Of a stretch of DNA of 64,000 nt, positions 31,637 to 41,917 are shown one piece after another. The DNA is from an uncultured Methanoregulaceae archaeon (GTDB taxonomy: Archaea; Halobacteriota; Methanomicrobia; Methanomicrobiales; Methanospirillaceae). Position numbers and translations under genes: made by a program. The notes beneath the pieces are model-generated. The model had not been told where the DNA came from, did not search any database, and saw only the letters and a list, made by a program, of their open reading frames with translations. The stretch covers positions 2,336,001 to 2,400,000 of the forward strand of contig CAVTTL010000001.1 in the NCBI GenBank assembly GCA_963737635.1, written 5' to 3'. How positions within the stretch are numbered: position 1 is the stretch's first letter; every line of letters begins with the position of its first letter.

Positions 31637-32238
31637 CTAACTGACCACAAAGGTCCAGTTAAGTGTCTCTAGATTGCGGGGTTCAGGAGTAGGATAAAAC
31701 TGGAGCGTGGCGGTTATCGTTTGTAGGCCAGTCTGTATCATGGTGACACGCCACCGATCTACACCATGCCCCATTCCCGACCCCATATACGTCACATTCA
31801 TGCCTGGCCTGTTTGTGATATCGATGAGCGTCCCGTTCTGAGCATACCAATAATACGTCATGCCCTCATCGGAAATCTGGATACCAGGACTCGCATTCAT
31901 GATCCACTGATCTCCAGCCAGGGACCCGTCAGTCAATTCGAGGGTGAGAGAGCTGTTCAGTTTCGCGCAGATCTCGGTATTGTTCTGCGTTTCATTGATC
32001 GTCACATTCTTTCCCGGTACTAATGTTACCGGACAGGTACCGGAACCTGAGCCACGGTTGCTTTTTGCTGAATCGTCGCTGTTTGCGCTGGCACCGGCGA
32101 TGGCGAAGGCCGTACCGACACATTATTCACGGTTGGCTTTTGCCCGGTGGACCCAAGGCAGCCGGCTACGAGAACAACCATGAGAAGGATCGCCCCGACC
32201 ACTACTAATCCTGATTTTTGTGTAATCGCAATCACCAC
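31637..32238 (-). CDS. Second chagasin/I42-like lipoprotein (frameshift near 32030)
   Basis: Signal/lipobox VAGC in 32026-32238 and a domain closely similar to 30970-31620 in 31637-32005. Confidence 0.6.
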
Positions 32239-32822
32239 TTTCTCCTGCGAAAGGATCTCATGATCGCCATCGCTGCAAGTACTGCGATCGGCAATGCCAA
32301 GGGTAAGGGTGAAGATTGAGTTATCGTTGGGTTTGTTTGAATCGGGGACTGAATGTGAGGAGATGTCGGAGGCACACCCGTTTGAACCGGGGTTTGTGTC
32401 ACGTTTGGTGCCGGAAGGACAGTAATATCCTGAGCTGCATAAACAGAGTCGCTAGTATCTCGAACGCTTACGAGGTAGGGTGACCATTCTGTAGGCAGCC
32501 CACTCACACTGATATCCGTCGCATTCACGGACCACCGGTTTTTCCCCGACGGCGTCGACACTATGGAAATATTAGTCCACCTATGGTATACATACTCTGG
32601 AGGGCCAAAGGGTCCGGGAACATAATAATCGGGGGAAACTAGTACGGTAAGAGTATCATTCACTGGCAGGTTTGTCGTCCCATTAATATAGAGCATATTA
32701 CCGAGGGTATAGTTCCCTATGGGATCGATCGTGACGAATGGTGCCTGTGACGATCCCGCGTTTGCTACTGGTACGCCAGCTAGAATTGCCAAGAATATGA
32801 TACCTATAAGGAATTTCTTCAT
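32232..32822 (-). CDS. Exported Ig-like protein with C-terminal sorting/anchor segment
   Basis: Signal peptide; FVTIDPIG...INGTTNLP; Thr/Pro linker; SPLPLALPIAVLAAMAIM plus RRRK tail. Confidence 0.75.
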   Translation of the reverse strand: MKKFLIGIIFLAILAGVPVANAGSSQAPFVTIDPIGNYTLGNMLYINGTTNLPVNDTLTVLVSPDYYVPGPFGPPEYVYHRWTNISIVSTPSGKNRWSVNATDISVSGLPTEWSPYLVSVRDTSDSVYAAQDITVLPAPNVTQTPVQTGVPPTSPHIQSPIQTNPTITQSSPLPLALPIAVLAAMAIMRSFRRRKW

Positions 32823-32891
32823 GGTTATGTCGTGATTCTCTTTTGTTATTTAAGTCCCTATCTTTTTCTAAAATAAAAAGGGGTTTGAGGG

Positions 32892-34400
32892 TTACGAAAC
32901 GACAATGTAATTGGGCTGATTGTCAAATGTAACTCCCCCCGGTCCGACCACCGTCAGGTTGACCGTATAGGATCCCGATGACGTGTAATAATGGGCCGGG
33001 TTTTGGTTTGTCGAGTATGAACCATCACCGAACGACCAGTTCCAGAGGAATGGCGAACCGGTGGATTGATCCTGGAATACGACGTAATCTGTGCCACTTC
33101 CTGTTCGGGGGCTGCCCGTAAAACTAGCTACTGGCGGATTGATCCGGTTGGGGTTGTTCAATAACGCAATGGTCGATGGCCATTGGTTATAAACTGACAG
33201 GTTCCGGTAGTCAGCAAAGTTGTTGGAGTTTTGCCAAAGTGAGTTTACAAAACTCGTCATCGATGTCTGCGAAAGGAGCGAGTTTCCACTAGAATCTTTT
33301 AAGATGAAATTGGAAAATGTCACCGGCCCCGGCAAATAGTCCGAGGTCGATTGAAACCCAGAACCGTACTCATATCCTTCCAGCACAATTTGTGCATAGG
33401 TAGGCTGACTCTGCCATTCGGGATCATACCCCGGCTTTGTCAGGGATAATTCGGATACCATCCCCGTATTGGTATCATCTGCATATCCGGTAACTACATT
33501 CCCTGATACCTGGATATTCCCATAGATCAAATCATTCTTCGCTATCTGGGATCCCACCGCCGTAGCATAGAGGAAATCGTTATTAGAGGGCGTTGAATTC
33601 GACCAGACATACCATGTTTGCAAATACCATTGATTAGCTGATCGATACAACTGGTTATTCGCGGTGTTCCACTGAAGAACTGGTTGGATTAATGCTGTAT
33701 TTACATCTCCGCTGCAATAAGAGAGACCATTCCAGATAGTGACCGGATAATCATTGTTCTGATTCGGTTGTTGAGGAACATTCCAATCTGCTTGGAATGT
33801 ATATCCGCCCGATGACGAACTTAATGGTGCTTCGGTTCCTTCAATCCACTGGTAATAATAGGGAGCTCCATAGCATACAACGCTTGAACTCGGGATATAT
33901 TGTTTGTTGGAATTCGCATTAATAATGGTCAGAACTCGGGTATTGTTATTCACAACGGTAAGTGTGTCCCCTCCATCAACGATAACAGAAGCATTAGGGA
34001 CTTCATGAACAAACGTTGCCAGTGAATCTCCATGAATGGTATGCACGATTTTAGCCTGTGCATCGTCCGCCGTGAGCACCTGATTCCCATTCTGGTCGAA
34101 GACGGTCGTTATGTTATTCGCATGACGGATGATGGCACCGTAAGGGATACTTACTTCCGCTGTGATTTGAGGAGTAGCGGTCTTCGCTGTTTGGATCGTT
34201 TTTCCCGGGCTTAATTCGCCGGTCACTACCACGGCTTGCTGGGATGCGTTGACCTGCAGTTGTGGCAGCGGGACGGCACTTATCGCCCTCGCAGAATCGG
34301 CACTAGTTATTATTCCTCCGGACGCGTTCACCATCGGTACTATCACCATCGCCGCCAGCAGGAATGCAAGCAGGATGATGCCAATTTTCACTGTTTTCAT
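32892..34400 (-). CDS. Secreted protein: pro-region, putative G1-like glutamic peptidase domain and C-terminal PKD
   Basis: Signal peptide MKTVKIGII; FQADWNVP, IWNGL, LIQPVLQW, IVLEGY (candidate Q/E dyad); PKD PPVASF...WNWSFGDG...QNPAHYY. Confidence 0.7.
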   Translation of the reverse strand: MKTVKIGIILLAFLLAAMVIVPMVNASGGIITSADSARAISAVPLPQLQVNASQQAVVVTGELSPGKTIQTAKTATPQITAEVSIPYGAIIRHANNITTVFDQNGNQVLTADDAQAKIVHTIHGDSLATFVHEVPNASVIVDGGDTLTVVNNNTRVLTIINANSNKQYIPSSSVVCYGAPYYYQWIEGTEAPLSSSSGGYTFQADWNVPQQPNQNNDYPVTIWNGLSYCSGDVNTALIQPVLQWNTANNQLYRSANQWYLQTWYVWSNSTPSNNDFLYATAVGSQIAKNDLIYGNIQVSGNVVTGYADDTNTGMVSELSLTKPGYDPEWQSQPTYAQIVLEGYEYGSGFQSTSDYLPGPVTFSNFILKDSSGNSLLSQTSMTSFVNSLWQNSNNFADYRNLSVYNQWPSTIALLNNPNRINPPVASFTGSPRTGSGTDYVVFQDQSTGSPFLWNWSFGDGSYSTNQNPAHYYTSSGSYTVNLTVVGPGGVTFDNQPNYIVVS

Positions 34401-34700
34401 GTATTTCATTCCTCCTTTTTTTGATACGCTCCGCTCGCCGGGCATGGGAATCACATAAGCCTGCATCTTCACGCCATCGAGTGTTTCGGGGCCCTGAAGA
34501 TCATAAGACGGGAATTCTCATCAGAGACCCTGATGGAATACCACGAGAGTATTCGCAGAGGTATCTTTCGAATTTCCCTTCTTATGTTTTCTCTCCGAAG
34601 ATCCCAACTGGCAGTTGCAGTCTCTGGACAGGGAATTTCAACTCTGGTAGTATCCCCACAAGAAGGATGCTGCAACGTCGTATATACCAATTCTGGTACA

Positions 34701-34871
34701 ATCCTCTACCGGTTGCAGTACATTGTTCGTATAGATGTGATATGATGAAGGACTCTATGGGTTAAACTGAGGGCGTCAACTTCGAGAGCGCCGGTGCTAG
34801 ATGAGGAGATGACGAAGCTGTGCAGTAACCGAGAAGAGGGATCTCCGGCATCAGTACTTCTCTGTTTTTTT
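34701..34871 (+). ncRNA. Candidate structured ncRNA with C/D (K-turn) motifs
   Basis: TATATA at 34681; long outer helix ggttgcagtaca/tgtgcagtaacc and ttcgt/acgaa; ATGATGA (34742) ... CTGA (34767) flanking the hairpin gactc/gggtt; ggcg/cgcc arm; T7 tract at 34865. Confidence 0.6.
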
Positions 34872-35086
34872 GATTGTCTTCTCCTGAGAAGAGTGAAAAA
34901 GAAGTGATAACGCTCCTGCATGGGACAACCAGTTAGCTTCTATTGAGTGGTTCACCTTTTTTCCCGCACACGGAGGGCCACGTAAAAGTCCATTTTGATA
35001 ACTGCGCTCACTTTTGCATATTAAAATGGTGAAGTCTCATTCGAGGCGTTAACGTTTTATTGGCAAGCGGGTAACGAAAGGGGAGT

Positions 35087-35678
35087 ATGACGTTCACGCA
35101 AAAGAAGATCTATTATTTTGAAAAGGGAGGGGAGGCTAACACAGTCTGATGCAGCACGATTTGCGGTCGAGAGGGCACGGGAACTTGAACTGAAAACCAT
35201 CGTTGTCGCGAGCAGTTCCGGAAATACTGCTGAGACGTTCTTCAACGCGATCAAGGGATCAGGACTTGAGCCTGTCGTTGTCACACATGTTTTCGGTTTC
35301 TCAAAACCGGGCGAGTGGGATTTCCCAGAAGATGTCGCCCGCAGGTTGCGAAACGAGGGTGCGAAAATCGTTGCCGGGACTCTCACGCTTTCGGGTCTGG
35401 AGCGGGCTCTGTCACGGTCTCCCCGGATTGGTGGTGGTTCACGAACTGAAGCAATTGCAGAAGCTCTCCGGAGTGTGGTTGCTGCCGGACTCAAAGTTGC
35501 CGTAGAATGCGTGCTTATCGCTGCGGACCAGGGAGCAATCGCTGTCGATCAGGAAGTCATCGCTGTCGGTGGAACCAAAATCGGTGCCGATACGGTTTGT
35601 GTCGTCAGACCTGCCAACACTGCGAACTTTTTTGATCTGCAGGTTAGAGAGATAGTAGCGATGCCGAGGGTCCGGTAA
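35087..35678 (+). CDS. Pyruvate-kinase C-terminal-like domain protein (COG1751); frameshift near 35145
   Basis: KIYYFEKGG, IVVASSSGNTA, LSGLER, GLKVAVECVLIAADQG, GADT, REIVAMP. Confidence 0.85.
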
Positions 35679-35687
35679 CGATGGCAG

Positions 35688-35780
35688 GATTCTGATGCGT
35701 TGTCGTGACTTTTCACGTACTGACCAGTTCACTATTACGAGGGAGTCATTTTCATCAGGTCCCGATAACGCAACAGAACA
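35688..35780. mobile_element. 93 bp MITE-like IS6-type mini-element at the left edge of the AT-rich island
   Basis: gattctgatgcgttgtcgtgactt ... aggtcccgataacgcaacagaaca inverted ends. Confidence 0.72.
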
Positions 35781-35830
35781 TAATAGTGAACCAAAAGGAA
35801 ACGATGATCGGGTTGGGGGAAAATAAATTT

Positions 35831-36469
35831 TTAGCACTGATGTGTATACGAATCAGTTACTACATTCCTAATTCGTTTGGTAATTGCGCCACAAATTTCG
35901 CATTTATAAAGATCTTCCACAGTGTCAATCGTTATAACCTTAACATAATGCCTAATTTCATAATGCCGTACGACATTGCTCGACGTTGCTACTGTTCTTG
36001 AACCCCCATTGACGTAATGATATCTGCTTTCCGATTCGCCTTCGGATTCTCCAACTAGTATTCTCCGAGTGAAATATCGCTTTTCTTGTCTTGTGTTAAT
36101 GGTTTTCGAATTAAAAAATTTAATCGAAAAGAAATTCCTGCACTTTTTACAGCGAATGGTAGAGACTAAATATACTAACGCTATTTCAACTGCAAAAAAA
36201 CTGAATACAGAGAGTGTTAAATTATTTGAATTTAAAAATACGAATATACCTGCAAATACTCCAAGAATCAAAACTACGAGAATCCATTTTTCATCATTAT
36301 TGTAATACAAAATATCGGCAATTTTTAAGCAGCCGGATTTTATTGCGTTATAAAGTTCTGATAAAAGAGGTCGAATGCTAACAGGTTGATTTTTGTTATT
36401 GGCAGGAGTTTTAGAATCTTCATCATCAGGCTCAAAGATATAATTATAGAATGAATCCCATAGTCCCAT
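35831..36469 (-). CDS. Two-TM membrane protein with split zinc ribbon
   Basis: Two hydrophobic helices, then CKKC ... CEIC. Confidence 0.7.
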   Translation of the reverse strand: MGLWDSFYNYIFEPDDEDSKTPANNKNQPVSIRPLLSELYNAIKSGCLKIADILYYNNDEKWILVVLILGVFAGIFVFLNSNNLTLSVFSFFAVEIALVYLVSTIRCKKCRNFFSIKFFNSKTINTRQEKRYFTRRILVGESEGESESRYHYVNGGSRTVATSSNVVRHYEIRHYVKVITIDTVEDLYKCEICGAITKRIRNVVTDSYTHQC

Positions 36470-36680
36470 ATTTAGGAATAATTTTTTCCCGGCAAGATAT
36501 ACTTTATTATTTGATTTTTGTATAGAGACTAATGTTTAATATATACTCAAATGTAGACTATGATTCCTTGAAAATACGTTTCGTAAAAAGTTCCGCCACC
36601 ACCAGAACCTTTTCTATAGAGTCAATGCATAAGTGTTTTAACAAATTAGCATAAATTTTCTTGTTGGAAGGGAATAGATC

Positions 36681-37571
36681 TTGAAATTTTCTGACAATGA
36701 AAAATGGGTAATAGGTATAATTGTGGGGGTTATAGGTATAATCTTTACAATAATTTTGTCCCCATTTTTTAGCGCTGTTCTCGGTTCAGCCAACCCGGAA
36801 TCTACGCTATCCAATACTCATATTACACCATCCAATACTCCTCAGATTTCTATAGAAGACTGGATAAATCAAGGTTATAATCTTTATAATTCATCTAAAT
36901 ATACAGATGCACTTAATGCGTTTAACCGGGCACTAACAATTGACCCAAATAATACAATTGCCTTGGACGGGGAGGGGAATACCCTTAATAAATTGGGCCA
37001 ATTTCAGAATGCTACTGAAGCCTATTCTAAGGCGCTAAGTATTAACCCGCAAGATATAGCAGCCTTGGACGGCGAAGGGGATGCCGAAGAAAATGCCGCT
37101 GCAAATCTAGGTTATTATTACGATATCGATCCTCGATATACCTATTATGACTATACTAATTATTATGGTATTTATGATTTTGGTGATGAATTCAATAATC
37201 CAGCTCTCGATGCCTATAATCAAGCGTTAAGTATTAACTCCTTCGATGCAGATGCATTAAATGGCCTTGGAAAAGATCTTTTACATTGGGAAAAATATAA
37301 CGCTGCCATCGGAGAGGAAAATAACGTTCTCTCAATTAACCCCCAAGATGCAAATGCTTTAGAAATTAAGGGAGATGCCTTTTACATGATGGGTATGTAT
37401 CCAAAAGCTCTTGATGCAGAAAACCAATCCCTCTCAATAAACCCCCAAAATTCAAACGCTTGGAAAATTAAAGGAGATGTCCTCTCTATATTGGGCAGAA
37501 ACGCGGATGCCCGCAATGCCTATAACCAAGCAGTCTCTATTAACCCAAATTCAAACTACTTTGAATGGTAG
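36681..37571 (+). CDS. Membrane-anchored TPR protein
   Basis: N-terminal TM; repeated G..L..LG.Y..A..AY.KAL.INP TPR units. Confidence 0.9.
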   Translation: MKFSDNEKWVIGIIVGVIGIIFTIILSPFFSAVLGSANPESTLSNTHITPSNTPQISIEDWINQGYNLYNSSKYTDALNAFNRALTIDPNNTIALDGEGNTLNKLGQFQNATEAYSKALSINPQDIAALDGEGDAEENAAANLGYYYDIDPRYTYYDYTNYYGIYDFGDEFNNPALDAYNQALSINSFDADALNGLGKDLLHWEKYNAAIGEENNVLSINPQDANALEIKGDAFYMMGMYPKALDAENQSLSINPQNSNAWKIKGDVLSILGRNADARNAYNQAVSINPNSNYFEW

Positions 37572-37580
37572 AATATTTGA

Positions 37581-37671
37581 GGATCTCTGTCACGTTTGGA
37601 CTCTTAGATAGTCAATATTGCTGAGTCACGACGATATCATTTCCGTTAACTCCCGTGAACGCAACAGAACC
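37581..37671. mobile_element. ~90 bp MITE-like IS6-type mini-element
   Basis: ggatctctgtcacgtttggac ... tcccgtgaacgcaacagaacc between two convergent genes. Confidence 0.6.
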
Positions 37672-37675
37672 GATA

Positions 37676-38107
37676 TTACCAACCGGTAATCTCTGCTACC
37701 TTGAAATTCATGGCGTCATTATCCAGCACCGGCGCCTTAAATTTCCATGTGCCGTACGGTTCGAGGTCATTCATATTATCCATGGTTGATCCTACCTGCG
37801 CTCCTGATGAATCGTACTCGACTACGGTAACCTGCACATAGGTAAACTGCTTATCCACATTGCTCCTGACGGTCCCTGCGACATAGGTTTCTCCATATTC
37901 TCCTGCTTCCACATGCGATTCAACAAGCGTGAGATCATCCTGTGGTGCGGCGGTCGCTGTGGATGACGCCGGCGATAGTGTTTGCTGCACGGGAACACTC
38001 TCATCAGTGGTTGTTGAACTTATACAACCAGCGAACGTGGCACTCACAATACACAACGAAATAAAAACAACTCCTATCAACACGTGAGAAGTTTGCATGA
38101 AGATCAA
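37676..38107 (-). CDS. FxLYD domain lipoprotein
   Basis: FAGC lipobox; YVAGTVRS...YVQVTVVEYDSSGAQVG...DLEPYGTWKFKA. Confidence 0.85.
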   Translation of the reverse strand: MIFMQTSHVLIGVVFISLCIVSATFAGCISSTTTDESVPVQQTLSPASSTATAAPQDDLTLVESHVEAGEYGETYVAGTVRSNVDKQFTYVQVTVVEYDSSGAQVGSTMDNMNDLEPYGTWKFKAPVLDNDAMNFKVAEITGW

Positions 38108-38157
38108 AGGTATCCATAAAGCATAAAATTATCTATGATTATGCTTATTACGTATCT

Positions 38158-38316
38158 ATGGCTACCACAGGATACCAAGCTGTGCCACTGACGACCATTA
38201 AGGTCCAGACTACGACACGGGACAGATTAGCGGATGTGGGGAAGAAGAGAGAAAGTTATGATGCCCTCATCAACCGGCTGATCGATTGTTATCTGGCGTC
38301 CCAGGAAAAGGACTAA
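38158..38316 (+). CDS. Small ribbon-helix-helix protein (52 aa)
   Basis: Below the ORF-track cutoff; manual translation MATTGYQAVPLTTIKVQTTTRDRLADVGKKRESYDALINRLIDCYLASQEKD. Confidence 0.75.
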   Translation: MATTGYQAVPLTTIKVQTTTRDRLADVGKKRESYDALINRLIDCYLASQEKD

Positions 38317-38420
38317 CGGAATAATCAAAAAGGGGGCTGGTGCGATATCGGGCGCTGGAAGTTATGTCAGCTGAAATGAATAAAGAGAAATATCATCGTT
38401 TTAGGTGAGCCAAACTAATT

Positions 38421-39056
38421 TCAAATTGATGAATTTGTGACATTGACATAGTTTTCAATGAAATTGACTAAATTGTCTGGCAGATTATCAGTTAAGCCAC
38501 GAATTCCCCAATGAATACCGCTTTCAATTTCCGAAAATGCCGCATCACCACCAACATATGGAGCTAGTTCATCCAAACCAAATGTGCTGACTACGTCACC
38601 GGTTGTCGTATAAGCAATGTGATATGATAATTGTGAATCAATCCAGCAAAAATCAATGAAAAATTTTGTTAGATTTGCATAAAAATTGGTATAATCTGAA
38701 TCATTAGCACTCGGCAATAAAATGGCAGAATTATATAAGTCATTATAGGAACCGATTAGTGGAGAATATCTCATCAGCCGCTTAAATTCTTCATAATTTG
38801 ATGAACTCGAGTCGACTTCGTTTATATTCGTATGAAATTCATCGTTAGTAATTCTGATAATAGTATTAATATGGTCAATCCAGTCTTGGAATTTTGTATA
38901 ATCTTCAAATATCGAACTATCAATAGGTCCTGTTAATTTTATTTCTGCCGAAAGTTGATTTGCGACGTCCTGTTTTGGATTTGAGGGTGTAACACAACTT
39001 GCAATCAACGGAGATAAGAATAAAATAATGATTACTATTATCAAAATTTTATTCAT
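38421..39056 (-). CDS. Hypothetical lipoprotein
   Basis: Hydrophobic leader ending IASC. Confidence 0.7.
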   Translation of the reverse strand: MNKILIIVIIILFLSPLIASCVTPSNPKQDVANQLSAEIKLTGPIDSSIFEDYTKFQDWIDHINTIIRITNDEFHTNINEVDSSSSNYEEFKRLMRYSPLIGSYNDLYNSAILLPSANDSDYTNFYANLTKFFIDFCWIDSQLSYHIAYTTTGDVVSTFGLDELAPYVGGDAAFSEIESGIHWGIRGLTDNLPDNLVNFIENYVNVTNSSI

Positions 39057-39131
39057 AACATCGCTTTTATCTATAAAGTAGATAAAGTCTCGCGTTTATA
39101 GATAATCTAGAAATTTCTTATAGGAAGAGGC

Positions 39132-39953
39132 ATGGTTGATGATGAATGGATCACGGATCCTAAAAAATTTCAAATCTCCATTAGCGATGAATTGGATGCT
39201 ATTAAAGATAGAGTAAGAAATCTTATTGGCAATGCACATTGGGGTGAAGAAGGACGATATAAGGAGACCGTATTAAAAAATGTTTTACGACGTTTATTAC
39301 CTTATAACATTAGTGTAGGTTCAGGGCTAATTTTAAAAAAAGATGATGATTCGATAAAACGCTCAAAACAAATTGATATTATTGTGTATGATAATTCGCT
39401 TCCTATCCTATTTTCCGAAGGAGATTTTATTATAACAACTCCCGAAAACGTCAAAGCAATAATTGAAGTAAAAACAAATATACGAAGTAATAAAATATGC
39501 GATATCTTAACACAATCATTGGGCAACAGCGAGTTTCTTGAAAAAGGAACGTTTAATGGAATATTCTCTTATGATTGTGGAGATATCACAGTTGAAAATT
39601 TCCAAAAAAGATTTGAAAAAGGCTTAACGGGATCTAAAGGCGCAATCAATCACATTTGCGTTGGAAAAACTTTATTTTCAAGGTTTTTTAAGAAGAATGA
39701 AATTGAATATCTGTTTCCTCATCGCCCGCAAATGGAATATTTCGGGTTTTATCATTTTGATGAAAACCTTGCTCCCTCGTATTTTATCTCCAACTTAATT
39801 GATTTTGTTTGTTCACCAAATCATGAGATTGCAATGAAAACCGGAGTTAGTTTTTATTTCCCTTGGAAAAAGGAAAGAGGCCATATTGTACTGGAAAAAT
39901 CGAGATTGAATAATACCGTCCGCACTTCAGCAACAGTTCGCCTTTATTGTTGA
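39132..39953 (+). CDS. DUF6602-like PD-(D/E)XK nuclease domain protein
   Basis: HWGEEGRYKE, SKQIDIIVYD, AIIEVKT. Confidence 0.8.
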   Translation: MVDDEWITDPKKFQISISDELDAIKDRVRNLIGNAHWGEEGRYKETVLKNVLRRLLPYNISVGSGLILKKDDDSIKRSKQIDIIVYDNSLPILFSEGDFIITTPENVKAIIEVKTNIRSNKICDILTQSLGNSEFLEKGTFNGIFSYDCGDITVENFQKRFEKGLTGSKGAINHICVGKTLFSRFFKKNEIEYLFPHRPQMEYFGFYHFDENLAPSYFISNLIDFVCSPNHEIAMKTGVSFYFPWKKERGHIVLEKSRLNNTVRTSATVRLYC

Positions 39954-40030
39954 AGAGATGAAACAGGTCCGTGAAGCAGAAGGAATCGGAGATGGAGATT
40001 AAGGCTTTGAATGGAGAGTTGAGTGCATAG
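39922..40030 (+). pseudogene. Type I R-M specificity subunit (HsdS) 3'-end remnant 1
   Basis: ALQQQFAFIVEEMKQVRE/QKESEMEIKAL-NGELSA* resembles the HsdS C-terminal helix ending in GEL. Confidence 0.6.
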
Positions 40031-40068
40031 CTTTATACCTGATATATTCAACGTAATTGTAAGGGGTT

Positions 40069-41838
40069 ATGACAAAACTATTATCGGAAAATTGGAGAAA
40101 TGATGAGAGTTTAGATGGATTTCTCTTTTTCGCGCAAATCATAGAAGAAATGGCGTCACGCTATACTCTCGATTCATACAAAGCACCTGTTTTCAATTCA
40201 CATTCACTATGTGACGAAATAATTGATGTCAGTGAGGAGATCAGCCAAGGTTTTCTCCACGAAAATGGTATTACCCCGATTAAAGAAGAACTCATTTGGA
40301 ATCTTCAAAACGATCCAGTCGCTAAACATATTTTGGGGTATCGTTATCACTCAATAGTCGATGAACTGAAAGACTCTGATAATCATAAACGTCTCGTAGC
40401 TATCGTAAAACCTATCCAAAACTTATTGGAAATCAAATACTTTGACGAGTTAAAAAAACAAATAATCACTGCGATTAAAAATCCTAAAGATAAGGAATAT
40501 ATTTCGAGTCTATCAAAAATTTACATTTCTGAATTGCTTTACTACGGATATTCTCAGGAGTATTTACATCAAATGATAATGCAATCCTTTTTTTCAACTC
40601 AGAGAATTACAAGTACGACACAAATCGAGCAATTCCTGAATAAATTCACATTTGAAAAAAATTCGTATGATGTCTACTTTAAGGGAGACAATAAATTCTA
40701 TTATCTTACCGAATTATCTTCAACGTTCAATTTCGAAATATCAGACGAAACAATAAAACCGAGGAAATGGCGAACCGAAGAAATAGACTTCTTTAAAGTA
40801 TATCCAACTTATCCACTTAATATTATTTTTAGAAATTTTGATGCGTTAGATCCGTTCGATGCGAAAATAGGTTGTGAATTATTACTAATCAACTTGAAGG
40901 ATTTAGGTGCTTTTAGCACCCATAAAGAAAAACTCACATGGTTTAACCAAGCGCTTGTCTATTCGAAATCCGATTATGTCACAATTATTGACGATTATTC
41001 CCCTATGCTTAAAATCAAGGATCTAGATATTGATGACTTTAAAGTTAATATCGATGAGGATATCTCATTTTTTGTTAATTTCAATATTACTTCACGATAT
41101 TTTGTAATGAATTCCTTTAGTTTGCATTCAATTGCTATTGATTCAAAAAATTCTGTAAACCAATTGATGAATTTATGGACTGCTCTAGAAACTCTGTTGC
41201 CTCCACCACCAGAAAAAGATATTAGAATTGTTCATTTCTTATCGTCATACGAACCGTTTTTAGGACGAAAATACATCCAGAAATTAATTATCGATTTGTT
41301 GAACGAATTGCGATATGAATTAGGAGAGCAACTTACCCAAATTTTTCTAAAAATATCACAGGGGTCCACCGATTTCGAAAAACTTTCTTTTATTCTTTGT
41401 CAAAAAGAAGAGAGTGAAAAATTCCGTGATGAACTCTATGTTAAGATTGGACGAAATCTCAGATTAAGGTATAAAATTTTCAGTTTGATGAAAAAGATGC
41501 ATAATTCAGACGCTCTATTGGAAACAATTCTAACTCACAATAAACGGGTCAGCTGGCAACTTCAGCGGATCTATCGTGCAAGGAATCTGATAGTTCATAA
41601 GGGTGGGAAATTGCCATATATCGATCACTTAGTTGAAAATTTACATTCTTATTATCATGTTATAATTTCGCTAATCAAAGAAATTCAGAGCGACTATGAA
41701 AATATTGATTCATTAGAAACAGTTTTCAAATTAGTCAGGATTGAATATGATTCTCATATCAAATTGTTAAAGAGTTCAAAGATGATAAACTGCAATTCAG
41801 ATAATTTCAAAATGATGTTATTCTGTAATCCCAAATGA
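40069..41838 (+). CDS. Large HEPN-domain (ApeA-like) putative anti-viral RNase
   Basis: LMNLWTALETL and IYRARNLIVHKG (RxxxxH) in the C-terminal half. Confidence 0.78.
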   Translation: MTKLLSENWRNDESLDGFLFFAQIIEEMASRYTLDSYKAPVFNSHSLCDEIIDVSEEISQGFLHENGITPIKEELIWNLQNDPVAKHILGYRYHSIVDELKDSDNHKRLVAIVKPIQNLLEIKYFDELKKQIITAIKNPKDKEYISSLSKIYISELLYYGYSQEYLHQMIMQSFFSTQRITSTTQIEQFLNKFTFEKNSYDVYFKGDNKFYYLTELSSTFNFEISDETIKPRKWRTEEIDFFKVYPTYPLNIIFRNFDALDPFDAKIGCELLLINLKDLGAFSTHKEKLTWFNQALVYSKSDYVTIIDDYSPMLKIKDLDIDDFKVNIDEDISFFVNFNITSRYFVMNSFSLHSIAIDSKNSVNQLMNLWTALETLLPPPPEKDIRIVHFLSSYEPFLGRKYIQKLIIDLLNELRYELGEQLTQIFLKISQGSTDFEKLSFILCQKEESEKFRDELYVKIGRNLRLRYKIFSLMKKMHNSDALLETILTHNKRVSWQLQRIYRARNLIVHKGGKLPYIDHLVENLHSYYHVIISLIKEIQSDYENIDSLETVFKLVRIEYDSHIKLLKSSKMINCNSDNFKMMLFCNPK

Positions 41839-41917
41839 GCAGTTCGCCCGTATCGTTCATAACGTTGAACGGATCCGGGAACAGCGGGCGGAGTCAAAGA
41901 GGGAGATCGAGCGGCTG
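41837..41917 (+). pseudogene. HsdS 3'-end remnant 2
   Basis: EQFARIVHNVERIREQRAESKREIERL; similar to remnant 1. Confidence 0.6.

Noticed and set aside
34742-34770. Hammerhead ribozyme core
   Set aside because: No CUGAUGA..GAAA..UH arrangement with three stems; the words fit C/D K-turn motifs better.
24435-37671. Short palindromic intergenic elements as integron attC sites
   Set aside because: Ends match IS6-type GGTTCTG TIRs rather than RYYYAAC/GTTRRRY, orientations are mixed, and no tyrosine integrase is present.
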